From the NCBI GenBank assembly GCA_963707215.1, contig CAVPPB010000003.1, positions 512,001 to 576,000 on the forward strand: a stretch of 64,000 bases of DNA. Reading direction: 5' to 3'. This stretch comes from an uncultured Chloroflexia bacterium. Lineage in GTDB: Bacteria; Chloroflexota; Limnocylindria; Limnocylindrales; CSP1-4. The notes beneath the pieces were generated by a model. The model made no database searches, was not told the DNA's origin, and worked only from the letters and a program-made list of their open reading frames with translations. Both the position numbers and the translations under genes were made by a program. This document shows, piece by piece, positions 1-11,222 of the stretch (its first letter is position 1; each line of letters starts with the position of its first letter).

Positions 1-1350
<1,350 letters not shown>

Positions 1351-1351
1351 G

Positions 1352-2461
1352 GTGGGCGAGCTCGTCGGGGCCGGTCCGTCGCTGGTGGATCCGGCCACGA
1401 CCTATCGAGGCCCGTCTTCCCGGGCCGAGCCCGCGTCCGGTTCCCCCGCCCTGGGCACCGGCCGCGTGCTCGCCCGACCGCTGGGGCCGTTCCAGCTCGA
1501 ATCCGGCCAGGTCATCCCCGACCTCGTCGTCGCCTATCGCCACGACGGCCCGGCTCCCCCGGCGCCGCAGGTCGTGGTCGTCCACGCGCTGACCGGCTCG
1601 GCCGACGCTGCCGGCGACTGGTGGCAGCCGCTCATCGGGCCCGGTCGATCCCTCGACACGCGCGCCGTCGGGGTGCTCTGCGCCAACCTGCTGGGCGGGC
1701 GGTACGGGACCACCGGGCCGACGTCGGTCGACCCTCGGACCGGCCTGCCCTACGGCCAGGCGTTCCCGACGGTCACGACTCGCGACCAGGCTCGGGCCCT
1801 CTGGACGCTCGCCGACGCGATCGGCATCGAGCGGGTCGCCCTCACGACCGGCGGGTCGCTCGGCGGGATGGTGGCGCTCGAGGTGGCCATCGAGCGGCCG
1901 GACCGGGTCGCCGTGGTCGTCCCGCTGGCGGCACCGGCAGCCACCGGAGCGCTCGCCATCGCCTGGAACCACCTCCAGGTCCGGCTGGTCGAACGGCTCG
2001 GCGCCGAGGGCCTCGCCCTCGCCCGGCAGCTGGCGATGACGACCTACCGGAGCGAGGCCGACTTCGAGGAGCGGTTCGGGCGGCGGTCGGAGGCCGACGG
2101 GCTCCCGTCGGTCGTGAGCTACCTCGAGCACCAGGGCCGGAAGCTGGTCGAGCGGTTCGACCCGGAGACCTATCGGGTGCTGGCGCGGGCGATGGACACC
2201 CACGACGTCGGGCGAGCCCGCGGGGGGCGCGATGCGGCGCTCGGACGCCTGGCACGCTCCGGCGTCCGGCTGGTCGGGGTCGGGATCGAGGGCGACATCC
2301 TCTTCGGCCCGGACCAGGTCCGGGCGCTCGTGGACGCAGCCGCCGGGACCGGCGTAGATGCCGCCTACTGGGAGCTCCGCTCGGTCAAGGGGCACGACGC
2401 CTTCCTCGTCGAGTGGGAGCAGCTGGGAGAGGTCCTCGACGGAGCCCTCACGGCAGCCTGA
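1352..2461 (+). CDS. metX: Homoserine O-acetyltransferase (alpha/beta hydrolase)
   Basis: HALTG, nucleophile GGSLGGM, GHDAFL catalytic His; in-frame GTG 1 nt after the metY stop. Confidence 0.9.
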   Translation: MGELVGAGPSLVDPATTYRGPSSRAEPASGSPALGTGRVLARPLGPFQLESGQVIPDLVVAYRHDGPAPPAPQVVVVHALTGSADAAGDWWQPLIGPGRSLDTRAVGVLCANLLGGRYGTTGPTSVDPRTGLPYGQAFPTVTTRDQARALWTLADAIGIERVALTTGGSLGGMVALEVAIERPDRVAVVVPLAAPAATGALAIAWNHLQVRLVERLGAEGLALARQLAMTTYRSEADFEERFGRRSEADGLPSVVSYLEHQGRKLVERFDPETYRVLARAMDTHDVGRARGGRDAALGRLARSGVRLVGVGIEGDILFGPDQVRALVDAAAGTGVDAAYWELRSVKGHDAFLVEWEQLGEVLDGALTAA

Positions 2462-2735
2462 GGCACCACGAGCCGACCTCAGTCGAGGGTCCGGGGTGAC
2501 CGGTACCGTCGCGGGATTGGAGGGCTCGGTCCCGGCGCCTACGGTCGTCCGGTCATGCACTCCACCGCTCGCCACCCGCGCTTCCTGGTGCCGCGTCGTC
2601 TGCTCCACTATCGCCATGCCGAGATCGTCCGCGAGCCCGGGGCCGATGCAAGCGAACCTCCGTCGGGTCCGGTGATCCCCGTCCGCGCCGGCCCGACGGC
2701 CGGACCGCTGTCGCCAGCGCACGAGCCGTCCCGCG

Positions 2736-3293
2736 ATGCTGACCGCCCGTAGCGGCCCAGGCCGACCCGGGCCAACGCCGAGCGGCCTGCCCGTCTGCCT
2801 CCAGTGCGGGGTCCCCGCCGGTCGACCCGGAACAGCGACCTGTCGACGCTGCGGCCTTCCCTATGGGGCGTCACCCCGCGAGTCCGGTGAGCTGGCCGTC
2901 TGTCCGATCTGCTACCGGAGCACCGACGATGACGGGCGGCTGGCATCCCTGGCGGCTATCGGGCGCCGGCTCGACCTCGTCGCCCACGTCGCGGAGCACG
3001 ACCGCTTCCCGGTCGGGGACGACGAGTGGCTGGAGTCGCTCCGGCAGGGCGATCGGATCCGCATCGGTCGCTGGACGGCCGCCTTCGACCTGGTCCGCCG
3101 CTACCTCGTGACCGGCGTCGTCGACGGGGGACGGACACGCCGCGAGCAGCACGACACCCTGATCTTGGCGATGACCCAGCTGGCGCGCTGGGGAGCGCCA
3201 GGCGGCAGCCTCGTCGGCGACCAGCCCGAGTGGGCCGAGGCCCGGGACGCCGTGGCCCAGGCCATGGAGCGGTATCACCGGGGTCGCGCCTAG
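2736..3293 (+). CDS. Hypothetical protein with N-terminal zinc-finger motifs
   Basis: 185 aa; CLQC, CRRC, CPIC...HxxxH; coding-like codon usage. Confidence 0.7.
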   Translation: MLTARSGPGRPGPTPSGLPVCLQCGVPAGRPGTATCRRCGLPYGASPRESGELAVCPICYRSTDDDGRLASLAAIGRRLDLVAHVAEHDRFPVGDDEWLESLRQGDRIRIGRWTAAFDLVRRYLVTGVVDGGRTRREQHDTLILAMTQLARWGAPGGSLVGDQPEWAEARDAVAQAMERYHRGRA

Positions 3294-3484
3294 CAAGGTC
3301 CCTGGGCCGGTCACGGCGTGGCGCGATCACACGGACGGACCCGGCGCCGAAGAAGCCACGCCCCGCCGTGACCGGGGTCCGACCGGACGGCCGAGCGGGT
3401 GCCGAGCGGCCCTCGCCCGGCTCCACCGGCGGCCCTACGTTGCACGGGCGGGCCGGGCGATGCCTTCGGCCCGGGGAGGTGGGC

Positions 3485-4024
3485 GTGAAACGGAACGATC
3501 AATGGGTGGGTGGGGCCGTCCTCATCGCCATCGGGGCCGCGCTCCTGCTGGGCCAATACGTGGGTGACGCCGGGCGGTTCATCCTCCTGGGGCTGGGCCT
3601 CGTCCTGCTGGTCCTCTTCGTCGCCAGCCGCAACCCCGGTGCACTCATCGGCGGCGGGATCGTCACCGGCCTGGGCGTCGGCGTGCTTCTGGCCACCGAG
3701 CTCCAGGACGAGGCCGCCGGTGCCGCGGTCCTGCTTGGCCTCGGCGGCGGGTTCATCGGTGTCTGGCTCGTCGGCACCCTGTTCCGGATGGAGGAGACCC
3801 GGATCTGGCCGCTCATCCCCGGCGCCATCATGATCACCATCGGCCTCGCACTGCTCGCAGGGACCGAGGCGCTCGAGACGCTCGAGTGGCTGTGGCCGGT
3901 CATCCTCATCGGCCTGGGTGTCATCGTCCTGGTCGGGGCGCTCGTCCGACGCGGCCCCAGCCAGGCGGACTCCGGGACCACGGCCGGCACGGACCAGGTC
4001 GGCGGCTCCGACACCTCAGCCTGA
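3485..4024 (+). CDS. Multi-pass membrane protein (LiaF/LiaI-like)
   Basis: GGAGG RBS before GTG 3485; several Gly/Leu-rich TM segments and WP-x-ILI motifs. Confidence 0.75.
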   Translation: MKRNDQWVGGAVLIAIGAALLLGQYVGDAGRFILLGLGLVLLVLFVASRNPGALIGGGIVTGLGVGVLLATELQDEAAGAAVLLGLGGGFIGVWLVGTLFRMEETRIWPLIPGAIMITIGLALLAGTEALETLEWLWPVILIGLGVIVLVGALVRRGPSQADSGTTAGTDQVGGSDTSA

Positions 4025-4109
4025 GCCGATCGCACCCATCCGATGGCCGGGTCGGGCGCCGAGCCCGCCGGGCACCTCTTCGCAGGGCCGCATCCGGCCG
4101 CCGCTGGGG

Positions 4110-4115
4110 TATCAT
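4110..4115 (+). promoter_or_regulatory. Putative -10 element (TATCAT) for tRNA-Gln/glnS
   Basis: TANNNT hexamer 12 nt upstream of the tRNA 5' end. Confidence 0.5.
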
Positions 4116-4127
4116 CCGGCTGGTCGC

Positions 4128-4202
4128 TGGCGCGTGGCTCAACGGTAGAGCACCTGACTCTGGATCAGGGGGTTCCAGGTTCGAATCCTGGCGCGCCAGC
4201 CA
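4128..4202 (+). tRNA. tRNA-Gln (anticodon CTG)
   Basis: Acceptor stem TGGCGCG/CGCGCCA, anticodon arm CCTGA-CTCTGGA-TCAGG, T-loop GTTCGAATC, encoded CCA end. Confidence 0.97.
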
Positions 4203-4276
4203 ACTCCTCCGGGGAGTGTGGTGCGTCCTCCCGTGAGCCGCGACTCCTCCCGCCCAGGTCGCAGGAGCCGCCCGCG

Positions 4277-5999
4277 ATGACCTACGAACCCACCGCCCCG
4301 TCCGCCGACCCGTCCCCCACCCCGGAACGGCGCGACTTCATCCGCGAGATCGTGGCCGCCGACGTCGCGGCCGGTCGGATCGCGGTGCCGGTCACCCGCT
4401 TCCCTCCCGAGCCGAACGGCTATCTCCACATCGGCCACGCCAAGTCGATCTGCCTGAACTTCGGCATCGCCCAGGAGTTCGAGGGGCGTTGCCACCTCCG
4501 CTTCGACGACACGAACCCGGTCAAGGAGGAGCAGGAGTACCTTGACGCCATCGAGGCGGACGTCCGCTGGCTGGGCTTCGACTGGGGCGAGCACCTCTAC
4601 CATGCCTCGGACTACTTCGAGCAGCTCTATGAGTGGGCGGTCCACCTGATCCGGACGGGTCACGCCTACGTGGACGACCTCTCGGCCGACGAGATCCGTC
4701 GGCACCGCGGCACGCTCACCGAGCCCGGCCGGGACAGTCCCTGGCGCGAGCCGGCAGGTCGAGGAGAGCCTCGACCTGCTCGAGCGGATGCGGTCCGGTG
4801 AGTTCCCCGACGGTGCCCGGGTCCTGCGCGCCCGGATCGACATGGCCTCGCCGAACATCAACCTCCGGGACCCCGTCCTCTACCGGATCGTCCACGCCAG
4901 CCATCCGCGGACCGGAGACGCCTGGTGCGTCTATCCGACCTACGACTTCGCCCACGGCCAGTCCGACGCCATCGAGGGCATCAGTCACTCGATCTGCACA
5001 CTCGAGTTCGAGGCCCACCGGCCCCTGTACGACTGGCTCATCGAGCACCTGCCGGTGCCGTCGCGGCCGCGGCAGTATGAGTTCGCCCGGCTCAACCTGA
5101 CCCACACGGTCCTCTCGAAGCGAGTCCTCAAGCGTCTCGTCGACGAGGGGCACGTCCGCGGCTGGGACGACCCGCGGATGCCGACGATCTCAGGCCTGCG
5201 CCGGCGGGGCTTCCCCCCGGAGGGCATCCGCGACTTCGCGGCGACGATCGGGGTGGCCAAGACGGACAGCGTGATCGAGGTCGGAGTCCTGGAGCATGCG
5301 GTCCGCGCCGTTCTCAACCGGACGGCCTCACGGCGGTTCGGCGTGCTCGACCCTCTCAAGGTCGTCATCGAGGACTACCCGGAGGGCCGGGTCGAGCACC
5401 TGGCGGTCCCCAACAACCCGGAGGACCCGACGGCAGGGGCCCGGGAGGTCGCGTTCTCCCGCGAGCTCTGGATCGAGCGCGAGGACTTCATGGAGGAGCC
5501 GCCGCCCAAGTTCTTCCGCCTGGCGCCAGGGCGCGAGGTACGCCTGCGGTCGGCCTACCTCGTCACCTGTCGCGAGGTCGTCAAGGACGAGTCCGGCAGG
5601 GTCGTGGAGCTGCGCTGCACCTACGACCCGGCTACCCGGGGCGGCGACGCTCCCGACGGCCGGCGCCCCAAGGCGACCCTGCACTGGCTGTCGGCGACCC
5701 ACGCGATCCCGGCCGAGGTCCGCCTCTACGGCTACCTGTTCCGCAACCCACTGCCCGGCGCCGACGGCCGCGACCTGTTCGACGATCTTGACCCGGCGTC
5801 GGAGACCGTGATCGAGGGCTGCCTCGTCGAGCCGAGCCTGGCCGAGGTGCCGATCGGCCAGACGGTCCAGCTCGAGCGGCTGGGCTACTTCACCCCCGAT
5901 CCCGATTCGACGCCCGAGCGTCTCGTGCTCGACCGGACGCTGACCCTCAGGGACACCTGGGCCAAGGTCCAGGCGAAGGGCCGCCCCGGGGGACGCTGA
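4277..5999 (+). CDS. glnS: Glutamine--tRNA ligase, interrupted by a +1 C at about 4751 (probable sequencing error)
   Basis: [45 protein letters not shown]; removing one C restores [16 protein letters not shown]. Confidence 0.93.
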
Positions 6000-6254
6000 G
6001 CGCCCGAACCTGACCGACCGTCAGGGTCCCAGGGGCCGAAGGTCCGGGCTGATCCTCGGCGCCAGTGGTTCCCCGCCCGAGGACCCAGCTCGGCAGCCCT
6101 CCGGCCCGACGAGGCCAGCGGCCCTATCCGACGGGGGCCGGTCGGGCCCCGGCCCCCGGGTCGTCCGGCCCTACATCCCCCCTGCCCGGCTGTGGTCAGG
6201 TGTACCTGCGTCCCCAGTCGACGCGCGACTCCGTGCGCGTCCCAACGGGTCGTC

Positions 6255-7031
6255 ATGAAGATCGCCATCTCGGGTAAGGGCGGGGCCGGCAAGACTACGA
6301 TCGCCGCACTCATCGCCGGGGAGCTCGTGCGGCGGGGCTATCGGGTCACCGCGATCGACGCGGACCCGAACCCGACGCTCGCCACCGGCCTGGGCTTCCC
6401 GCCCGAGCCGATCACCCCGCTGTTCGAGATGGCCGACGAGATCGAGGACCGCGTCGGCGGGGACGGGGTCATCCGGCTCAATCCACGGGTCGACGACCTG
6501 GTCGAGCGCATCGCGGTGACCCGCGAAGGTCTCGAGGGCCTCCAGCTGGTCGTCGCCGGCGGGGTCACCCGCGGCGGGGCCGGCTGCGCCTGCCCCCAGG
6601 GGATCCTCCTTCGTCGCCTCCTCGAGCACGTCGTACTGGGCCTGGAAGAGGCCGTGATCATCGACCTCGAGGCCGGCCTCGAGCACCTCGGACGGCGGAC
6701 CGCCCAGGCCGCCGACGCGCTGCTCATCGTCGTCGATCCCACGAACGCGGGGGTCGAGACGGCCGGCCGCATCCGACGATTGGCCGGCGACATCGGCATG
6801 GAGCGCATCGCGCTCATCGCCAACCGGGTCGTCGACCCGTCGGACCTTGCCTTCATCTCGGAGCGGCTGCCCGACCTCGAGGTGGTCGGCGCCATCCCCT
6901 ACAGCCAGGCCGTGCTCGCCGCCGAGCGAGCCGGCGCCCCACTCATCGGACTGGATGGAGCGGTCGGACCGGCGGTCGTCGACCTCGTCGACCACCTGGC
7001 CACCGGAACACGGGAAGAGGTGCGAACGTGA
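6255..7031 (+). CDS. cooC: CO dehydrogenase nickel-insertion ATPase CooC
   Basis: MKIAISGKGGAGKTT, DADPN, Ni-binding CxC (GCACP), DLEAGLEHLGR; GTGA overlap with cooS. Confidence 0.9.
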   Translation: MKIAISGKGGAGKTTIAALIAGELVRRGYRVTAIDADPNPTLATGLGFPPEPITPLFEMADEIEDRVGGDGVIRLNPRVDDLVERIAVTREGLEGLQLVVAGGVTRGGAGCACPQGILLRRLLEHVVLGLEEAVIIDLEAGLEHLGRRTAQAADALLIVVDPTNAGVETAGRIRRLAGDIGMERIALIANRVVDPSDLAFISERLPDLEVVGAIPYSQAVLAAERAGAPLIGLDGAVGPAVVDLVDHLATGTREEVRT

Positions 7032-8989
7032 ACGAGCTCGAATCCCCGCCTTCGCGGACCGACCCAGCCAGCATCGCGATGCGCGAGCGGGCCAAGGCGG
7101 AGGGGGTCGAGACGATCTGGGACCGCTACGCCGCCCTGGGCACCCAGTGCAAGGTCGGCGAGCTGGGCATCTGCTGCACGGTCTGCCACCTGGGACCGTG
7201 CAATCTCGGCCTGCCGGGGAGCAAGCGGCCGCAGGTTGGCGTCTGCGGCGCGACCATCGACACGGTCGCCGCCCGTCGGCTGGCCCGCGACATGGCGGCC
7301 GGCTCGGCCGCCCACTCCGACCATGGTCGGTCGGTGGCCAACCTGCTCCTCAAGGCGGCCCGCGGCGAGGCGCCCGGCTACCGGATCGCCGACGCCGCGA
7401 AGCTCAACGCCCTGGCCGACGAGCTGGGCGTGGCCCGCGACGGAAGGCCGGTCGAGCAGGTCGCCGAGGAGGTCGCGGAGGCCTGCCTCGCGCAGTTCGG
7501 GCAGCAGGAGGGCGCCATCGCCTTCGTCGGCCGGGCGCCCGAGAAGCAGCGCCAGGACTGGGAGCAGCACGACATCACCCCGCGCGGCATCGACCGCGAG
7601 GTCGTCGACGTCATGCACCGCACCAACATGGGCGTCGACGCCGACTACAAGAGCCTGGTCCTGGGTGGCATGCGCAGCACCCTGGCCGACGGCTGGGGCG
7701 GGTCGATGGTCGCGACCGACCTCCAGGACGTCCTGTTCGGGACGCCGAAGCCGATCCGGGCCAAGGTGAACCTCGGGGTCCTCCGGGAGGACGCCGTCAA
7801 CATCCTCATCCACGGCCATGAGCCCGCCCTCGCGGAGGCGATCGTCGACGCGGCGACCGACCCCGAGATGCTCGAGGCCGCCAAGGCCCAGGGCGCCGCC
7901 GACATCAACGTCGCGGGCATCTGCTGCACGGCCAACGAGGTCCTGATGCGCCGGGGCGTGCCGGTGGCCGGGAACTTCCTCCAGCAGGAGCTGGCCATCG
8001 TCAGCGGGGCCGTCGAGGCGATGCTCATCGACGTCCAGTGCATCATGCCGGGCGTCGCCCAGGCAGCCGGCTGCTTCCACACGGAGGTCATCGCGACCTC
8101 CGAGCAGGCCCATTTCCCGGGGACCCGCCACGTCCCCTTCTCCGCCGAGACGGCCTACGAGAGCGCTCACGAGATCGTCAGTCGGGCGGTCGCCAACTTC
8201 GCCCGCCGGGACCGCGCTCGGGTCGCCATCCCGGACCACCAGATGGACGTGGTGGCCGGCTTCACGACCGAGTCGATCACCCGGATGCTGGGCGGGACGT
8301 ACCGCGGCGGCTACCGGCCCCTCAACGACGGGATCATGGCCGGGAGGATCCGCGGCGTCGCCGCGGTCGTCGGCTGCGACAGCCCCAAGCGCGCCCAGGA
8401 CGAGGGCCACCTCGACCTGGTCCTCGAGCTGATCAGCCGCGACGTCCTGGTGGCCCAGACGGGCTGCTCGGCCATCGCCTGTGGCAAGGCCGGGCTGCTC
8501 CGGCCCGAGGCGGCCCTCGAGCACGCTGGGCCCGGCCTCCGCGAGATCTGCGAGGCGGTCGGCATCCCGCCGGTCCTCCACGTCGGCTCGTGCGTCGACA
8601 ACAGCCGCCTCCTGACGGTCTGCATGGAGATGGTCAAGGAGGGCGGCGTGGGCCGCGACTTCAGCGAGCTGCCGGTCGCCGCCGCCGCCCCGGGCTGGTG
8701 GTCGGAGAAGGCCATCGCCATCGGCTTCTACGCCGTGGCCTCGGGACTCCTCACGGTCCTCGGCTCGCCGCTCAACATCCTCGGCAGCGAGGCCGTGACC
8801 CGCTTCGTCACCGAGGAGCTGGAGGACCTGGTCGGCGGGCGGTTCGCCTTCGAGCCGGACGCCGCCAAGGCCGCCGACCTGATCGCCGCGCATCTCGACC
8901 GCAAGCGGGAGGCGCTGAAGCTACGACCGATGCTCTACGAACCGGTGGCGGCCGCCGCCCCGGTCCTCGAGCCGGTCGCAACCGCCTGA
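7028..8989 (+). CDS. cooS: Anaerobic Ni-Fe carbon monoxide dehydrogenase catalytic subunit (CooS/AcsA)
   Basis: D/B-cluster Cys array QCKVGELGICCTVCHLGPC...VCGA; C-cluster ligands HGH, CCT, QC, GC, TGC, GSCVDN; SEKA Lys. Confidence 0.97.
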   Translation: MNELESPPSRTDPASIAMRERAKAEGVETIWDRYAALGTQCKVGELGICCTVCHLGPCNLGLPGSKRPQVGVCGATIDTVAARRLARDMAAGSAAHSDHGRSVANLLLKAARGEAPGYRIADAAKLNALADELGVARDGRPVEQVAEEVAEACLAQFGQQEGAIAFVGRAPEKQRQDWEQHDITPRGIDREVVDVMHRTNMGVDADYKSLVLGGMRSTLADGWGGSMVATDLQDVLFGTPKPIRAKVNLGVLREDAVNILIHGHEPALAEAIVDAATDPEMLEAAKAQGAADINVAGICCTANEVLMRRGVPVAGNFLQQELAIVSGAVEAMLIDVQCIMPGVAQAAGCFHTEVIATSEQAHFPGTRHVPFSAETAYESAHEIVSRAVANFARRDRARVAIPDHQMDVVAGFTTESITRMLGGTYRGGYRPLNDGIMAGRIRGVAAVVGCDSPKRAQDEGHLDLVLELISRDVLVAQTGCSAIACGKAGLLRPEAALEHAGPGLREICEAVGIPPVLHVGSCVDNSRLLTVCMEMVKEGGVGRDFSELPVAAAAPGWWSEKAIAIGFYAVASGLLTVLGSPLNILGSEAVTRFVTEELEDLVGGRFAFEPDAAKAADLIAAHLDRKREALKLRPMLYEPVAAAAPVLEPVATA

Positions 8990-9004
8990 CCGGAGGCAGA
9001 AGAC

Positions 9005-11191
9005 ATGTCCCGGATCATCGCCAGCGCCGCCATCCGAGGCGCCCACGAGTACGTCTCGGAGGCCGAGACCAAGCTGAACGCCATGGCGGAGTCCTCCGGC
9101 GGGGCGACCCGCCTGGAGTTCCCCAACACGGCCTTCTACCTGCCGCTGACCCTCGCCCTCACCGGGTTCGAGGTCAAGACCGTCGACGAGGCCCGCGTGC
9201 CGCTGCAGATCGCCCGCGACCTGCTGGGCCCGGTCCCCACCGACGAGACCTGGCTGCCGTACCTCGGTGACGCCCTCGACGCGGGGGTCGCGACCCTCAT
9301 CGCGGAGGAGATCATCGAGGCCCTCCGCTACGCCGAGGGGACCCAGTCCAACGGCATCTTCCTGGGCTTCACGGACGACGCCATCCTGCGGACCCAGGGC
9401 ATCAAGCTCGTCGACGGGCGGATGCCCGGCTTCGCCGCCTGCGTCGGCGCGCTGCCGACGAACGAGGAGGCGGTCCGCCTTGCCCGCGAGCTCCAGGAGC
9501 GCAACATCCTGGTCTTCATCTCCAGCTCCACCGACGGCCGGAGCATGGCCGAGCAGCTGGCCGAGGAAGGCATCGACATGAGCTGGGACACCTACCTGGT
9601 GCCCTACGGCAAGGAGACCAGCTCCACGGTCCACGCCCTGAACTTCGCCGCCCGCGCGGCGATGACCTTCGGCGGCCTGGTGCCGGGCGATCTCGACAAG
9701 GCCCGCCGGATCCTGCTCTACAACAAGGAGCGGGTCTTCGCCTTCGTCCTGGCCCTCGGCGAGGTCGACGACCGCAAGTACGCGACGGCGGCCGGGGCCA
9801 TCAACTTCGGCTTCCCGGTCGTCGCCGACACCGACATCCCGCAGATCCTGCCCAGCGGCATCTGCACCTACGAGCACGTCGTCAGCAACGTCCCCGGCGA
9901 GCGCATGGTCAACAAGGCCATCGAGGTCCGGGGGCTCAAGCTCAAGATCACCAAGATCCCGATCCCGGTCTCCTACAGCGCCGCCTTCGAGGGCGAGCGA
10001 GTCCGCAAGGAGCAGCTCCACGTCGAGTTCGGTCGCACCCTGACGCCGGCCTTCGAGTACCTCCGCTCGCGCGAGCTGGAGGAGATCGAGGACGGCCACA
10101 TCGAGGTGATCGGGCCGGACCTCGATACGGTCGAGGTCGGCGGGTCGATGCCGCTCGGCCTCCTCATCGAGGTCGCCGGACGCAAGCTCCAGAAGGACTT
10201 CGAGCCGATCCTCGAGCGCCAGGTCCACCGCTTCGTCAACGGCGCGATGGGCGTCATGCACATCGGCCAGCGCGACCTGCCCTGGATCCGGATGTCGAAG
10301 GAGACCTACGACGCCGGCTTCCGGCTCCGCGACTTCGGGGTCATCCTGCATGCCAAGTACCTGGAGGAGTTCCCGGCCATCGTCGACAAGGTCTCGGTGA
10401 AGATCTACTCCGACGCGGCCGAGATCGAGAAGATCCTCGAGGAGGCCCGGGGGGTCTGGGAGGAGCGCGACGCCCGGGTCGCCGGGATGACCGACGAGAC
10501 GGTCGACATCTTCTACTCCTGCACCCTCTGCCAGTCGTACGCCCCCAACCACGTCTGCGTGATCTCGCCGGAGCGGCTGGGGCTCTGCGGCGCCTACAAC
10601 TGGCTCGACGGCAAGGTCAGCCACGAGATCAACCCGAGCGGCCCGAACCAGCCGATCGAGAAGGGCGCCTGCCTGGACCAGAGCCTGGGCCTCTTCAAGG
10701 GCATCAACGACTTCGTCGCCGCCAAGTCGAACAAGACCGTCGACCAGGTCAGCCTGTACTCGATGATGACCGCGCCGATGACCTCGTGCGGCTGCTTCGA
10801 GTGCATCATGGGCGTCGCCCCCGAGGCGAACGGCGTCGTGGTCGTCAACCGCGAGTACCCCGACATGACCCCGCTGGGCATGTCCTTCAGCACCCTCGCC
10901 GGCCTCGTCGGCGGCGGCATCCAGACCCCGGGCTTCCTCGGCGTCGGACGGCTCTACCTGACGAGCCGCAAGTTCATCCCGGCCGACGGCGGCCTGCCGC
11001 GCCTGGTCTGGATGCCGAAGGAGCTCAAGGACGCCCTCCGCGAGAAGCTCACGGCCCGTGGCTCTGAGATCGGCGACCCGGACTTCGTCGACAAGATCGC
11101 GACCGAGGAGGACGCGACCACGACCGAGGAGCTGCTGGCCTTCCTGGAGCGCGTCGGTCACCCGGCCCCGACCATGCCGTCCATCCTCTGA
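9005..11191 (+). CDS. acsB: Acetyl-CoA synthase (bacterial type)
   Basis: 728 aa; A-cluster motifs CTLCQSYAPNHVC...LGLCG and MTSCGCFE; bacterial N-terminal domain FPNTAFYLP. Confidence 0.97.
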   Translation: MSRIIASAAIRGAHEYVSEAETKLNAMAESSGGATRLEFPNTAFYLPLTLALTGFEVKTVDEARVPLQIARDLLGPVPTDETWLPYLGDALDAGVATLIAEEIIEALRYAEGTQSNGIFLGFTDDAILRTQGIKLVDGRMPGFAACVGALPTNEEAVRLARELQERNILVFISSSTDGRSMAEQLAEEGIDMSWDTYLVPYGKETSSTVHALNFAARAAMTFGGLVPGDLDKARRILLYNKERVFAFVLALGEVDDRKYATAAGAINFGFPVVADTDIPQILPSGICTYEHVVSNVPGERMVNKAIEVRGLKLKITKIPIPVSYSAAFEGERVRKEQLHVEFGRTLTPAFEYLRSRELEEIEDGHIEVIGPDLDTVEVGGSMPLGLLIEVAGRKLQKDFEPILERQVHRFVNGAMGVMHIGQRDLPWIRMSKETYDAGFRLRDFGVILHAKYLEEFPAIVDKVSVKIYSDAAEIEKILEEARGVWEERDARVAGMTDETVDIFYSCTLCQSYAPNHVCVISPERLGLCGAYNWLDGKVSHEINPSGPNQPIEKGACLDQSLGLFKGINDFVAAKSNKTVDQVSLYSMMTAPMTSCGCFECIMGVAPEANGVVVVNREYPDMTPLGMSFSTLAGLVGGGIQTPGFLGVGRLYLTSRKFIPADGGLPRLVWMPKELKDALREKLTARGSEIGDPDFVDKIATEEDATTTEELLAFLERVGHPAPTMPSIL

Positions 11192-11222
11192 TCCGAGCCA
11201 TCCCTTCGAGAGGTCGATCGCC

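Noticed and set aside
2555-2752. 65-aa ORF upstream of the zinc-finger gene
   Set aside because: No RBS or recognisable motif, so there is too little support to list it as a feature.
4128-4202. tRNA-Gln as the integration site of an island carrying acs or CIS
   Set aside because: No integrase and no duplicated tRNA 3' end was noticed, and glnS follows directly.
4741-4801. Programmed frameshifting in glnS or the sheath gene
   Set aside because: No slippery heptamer at these sites. All are single-base duplications typical of sequencing error.
6000-6254. Cobalamin riboswitch or CooA/FNR box upstream of cooC
   Set aside because: I could not find the B12-box consensus or a TGTCA-N6-TGACA / TTGAT-N4-ATCAA site by eye.
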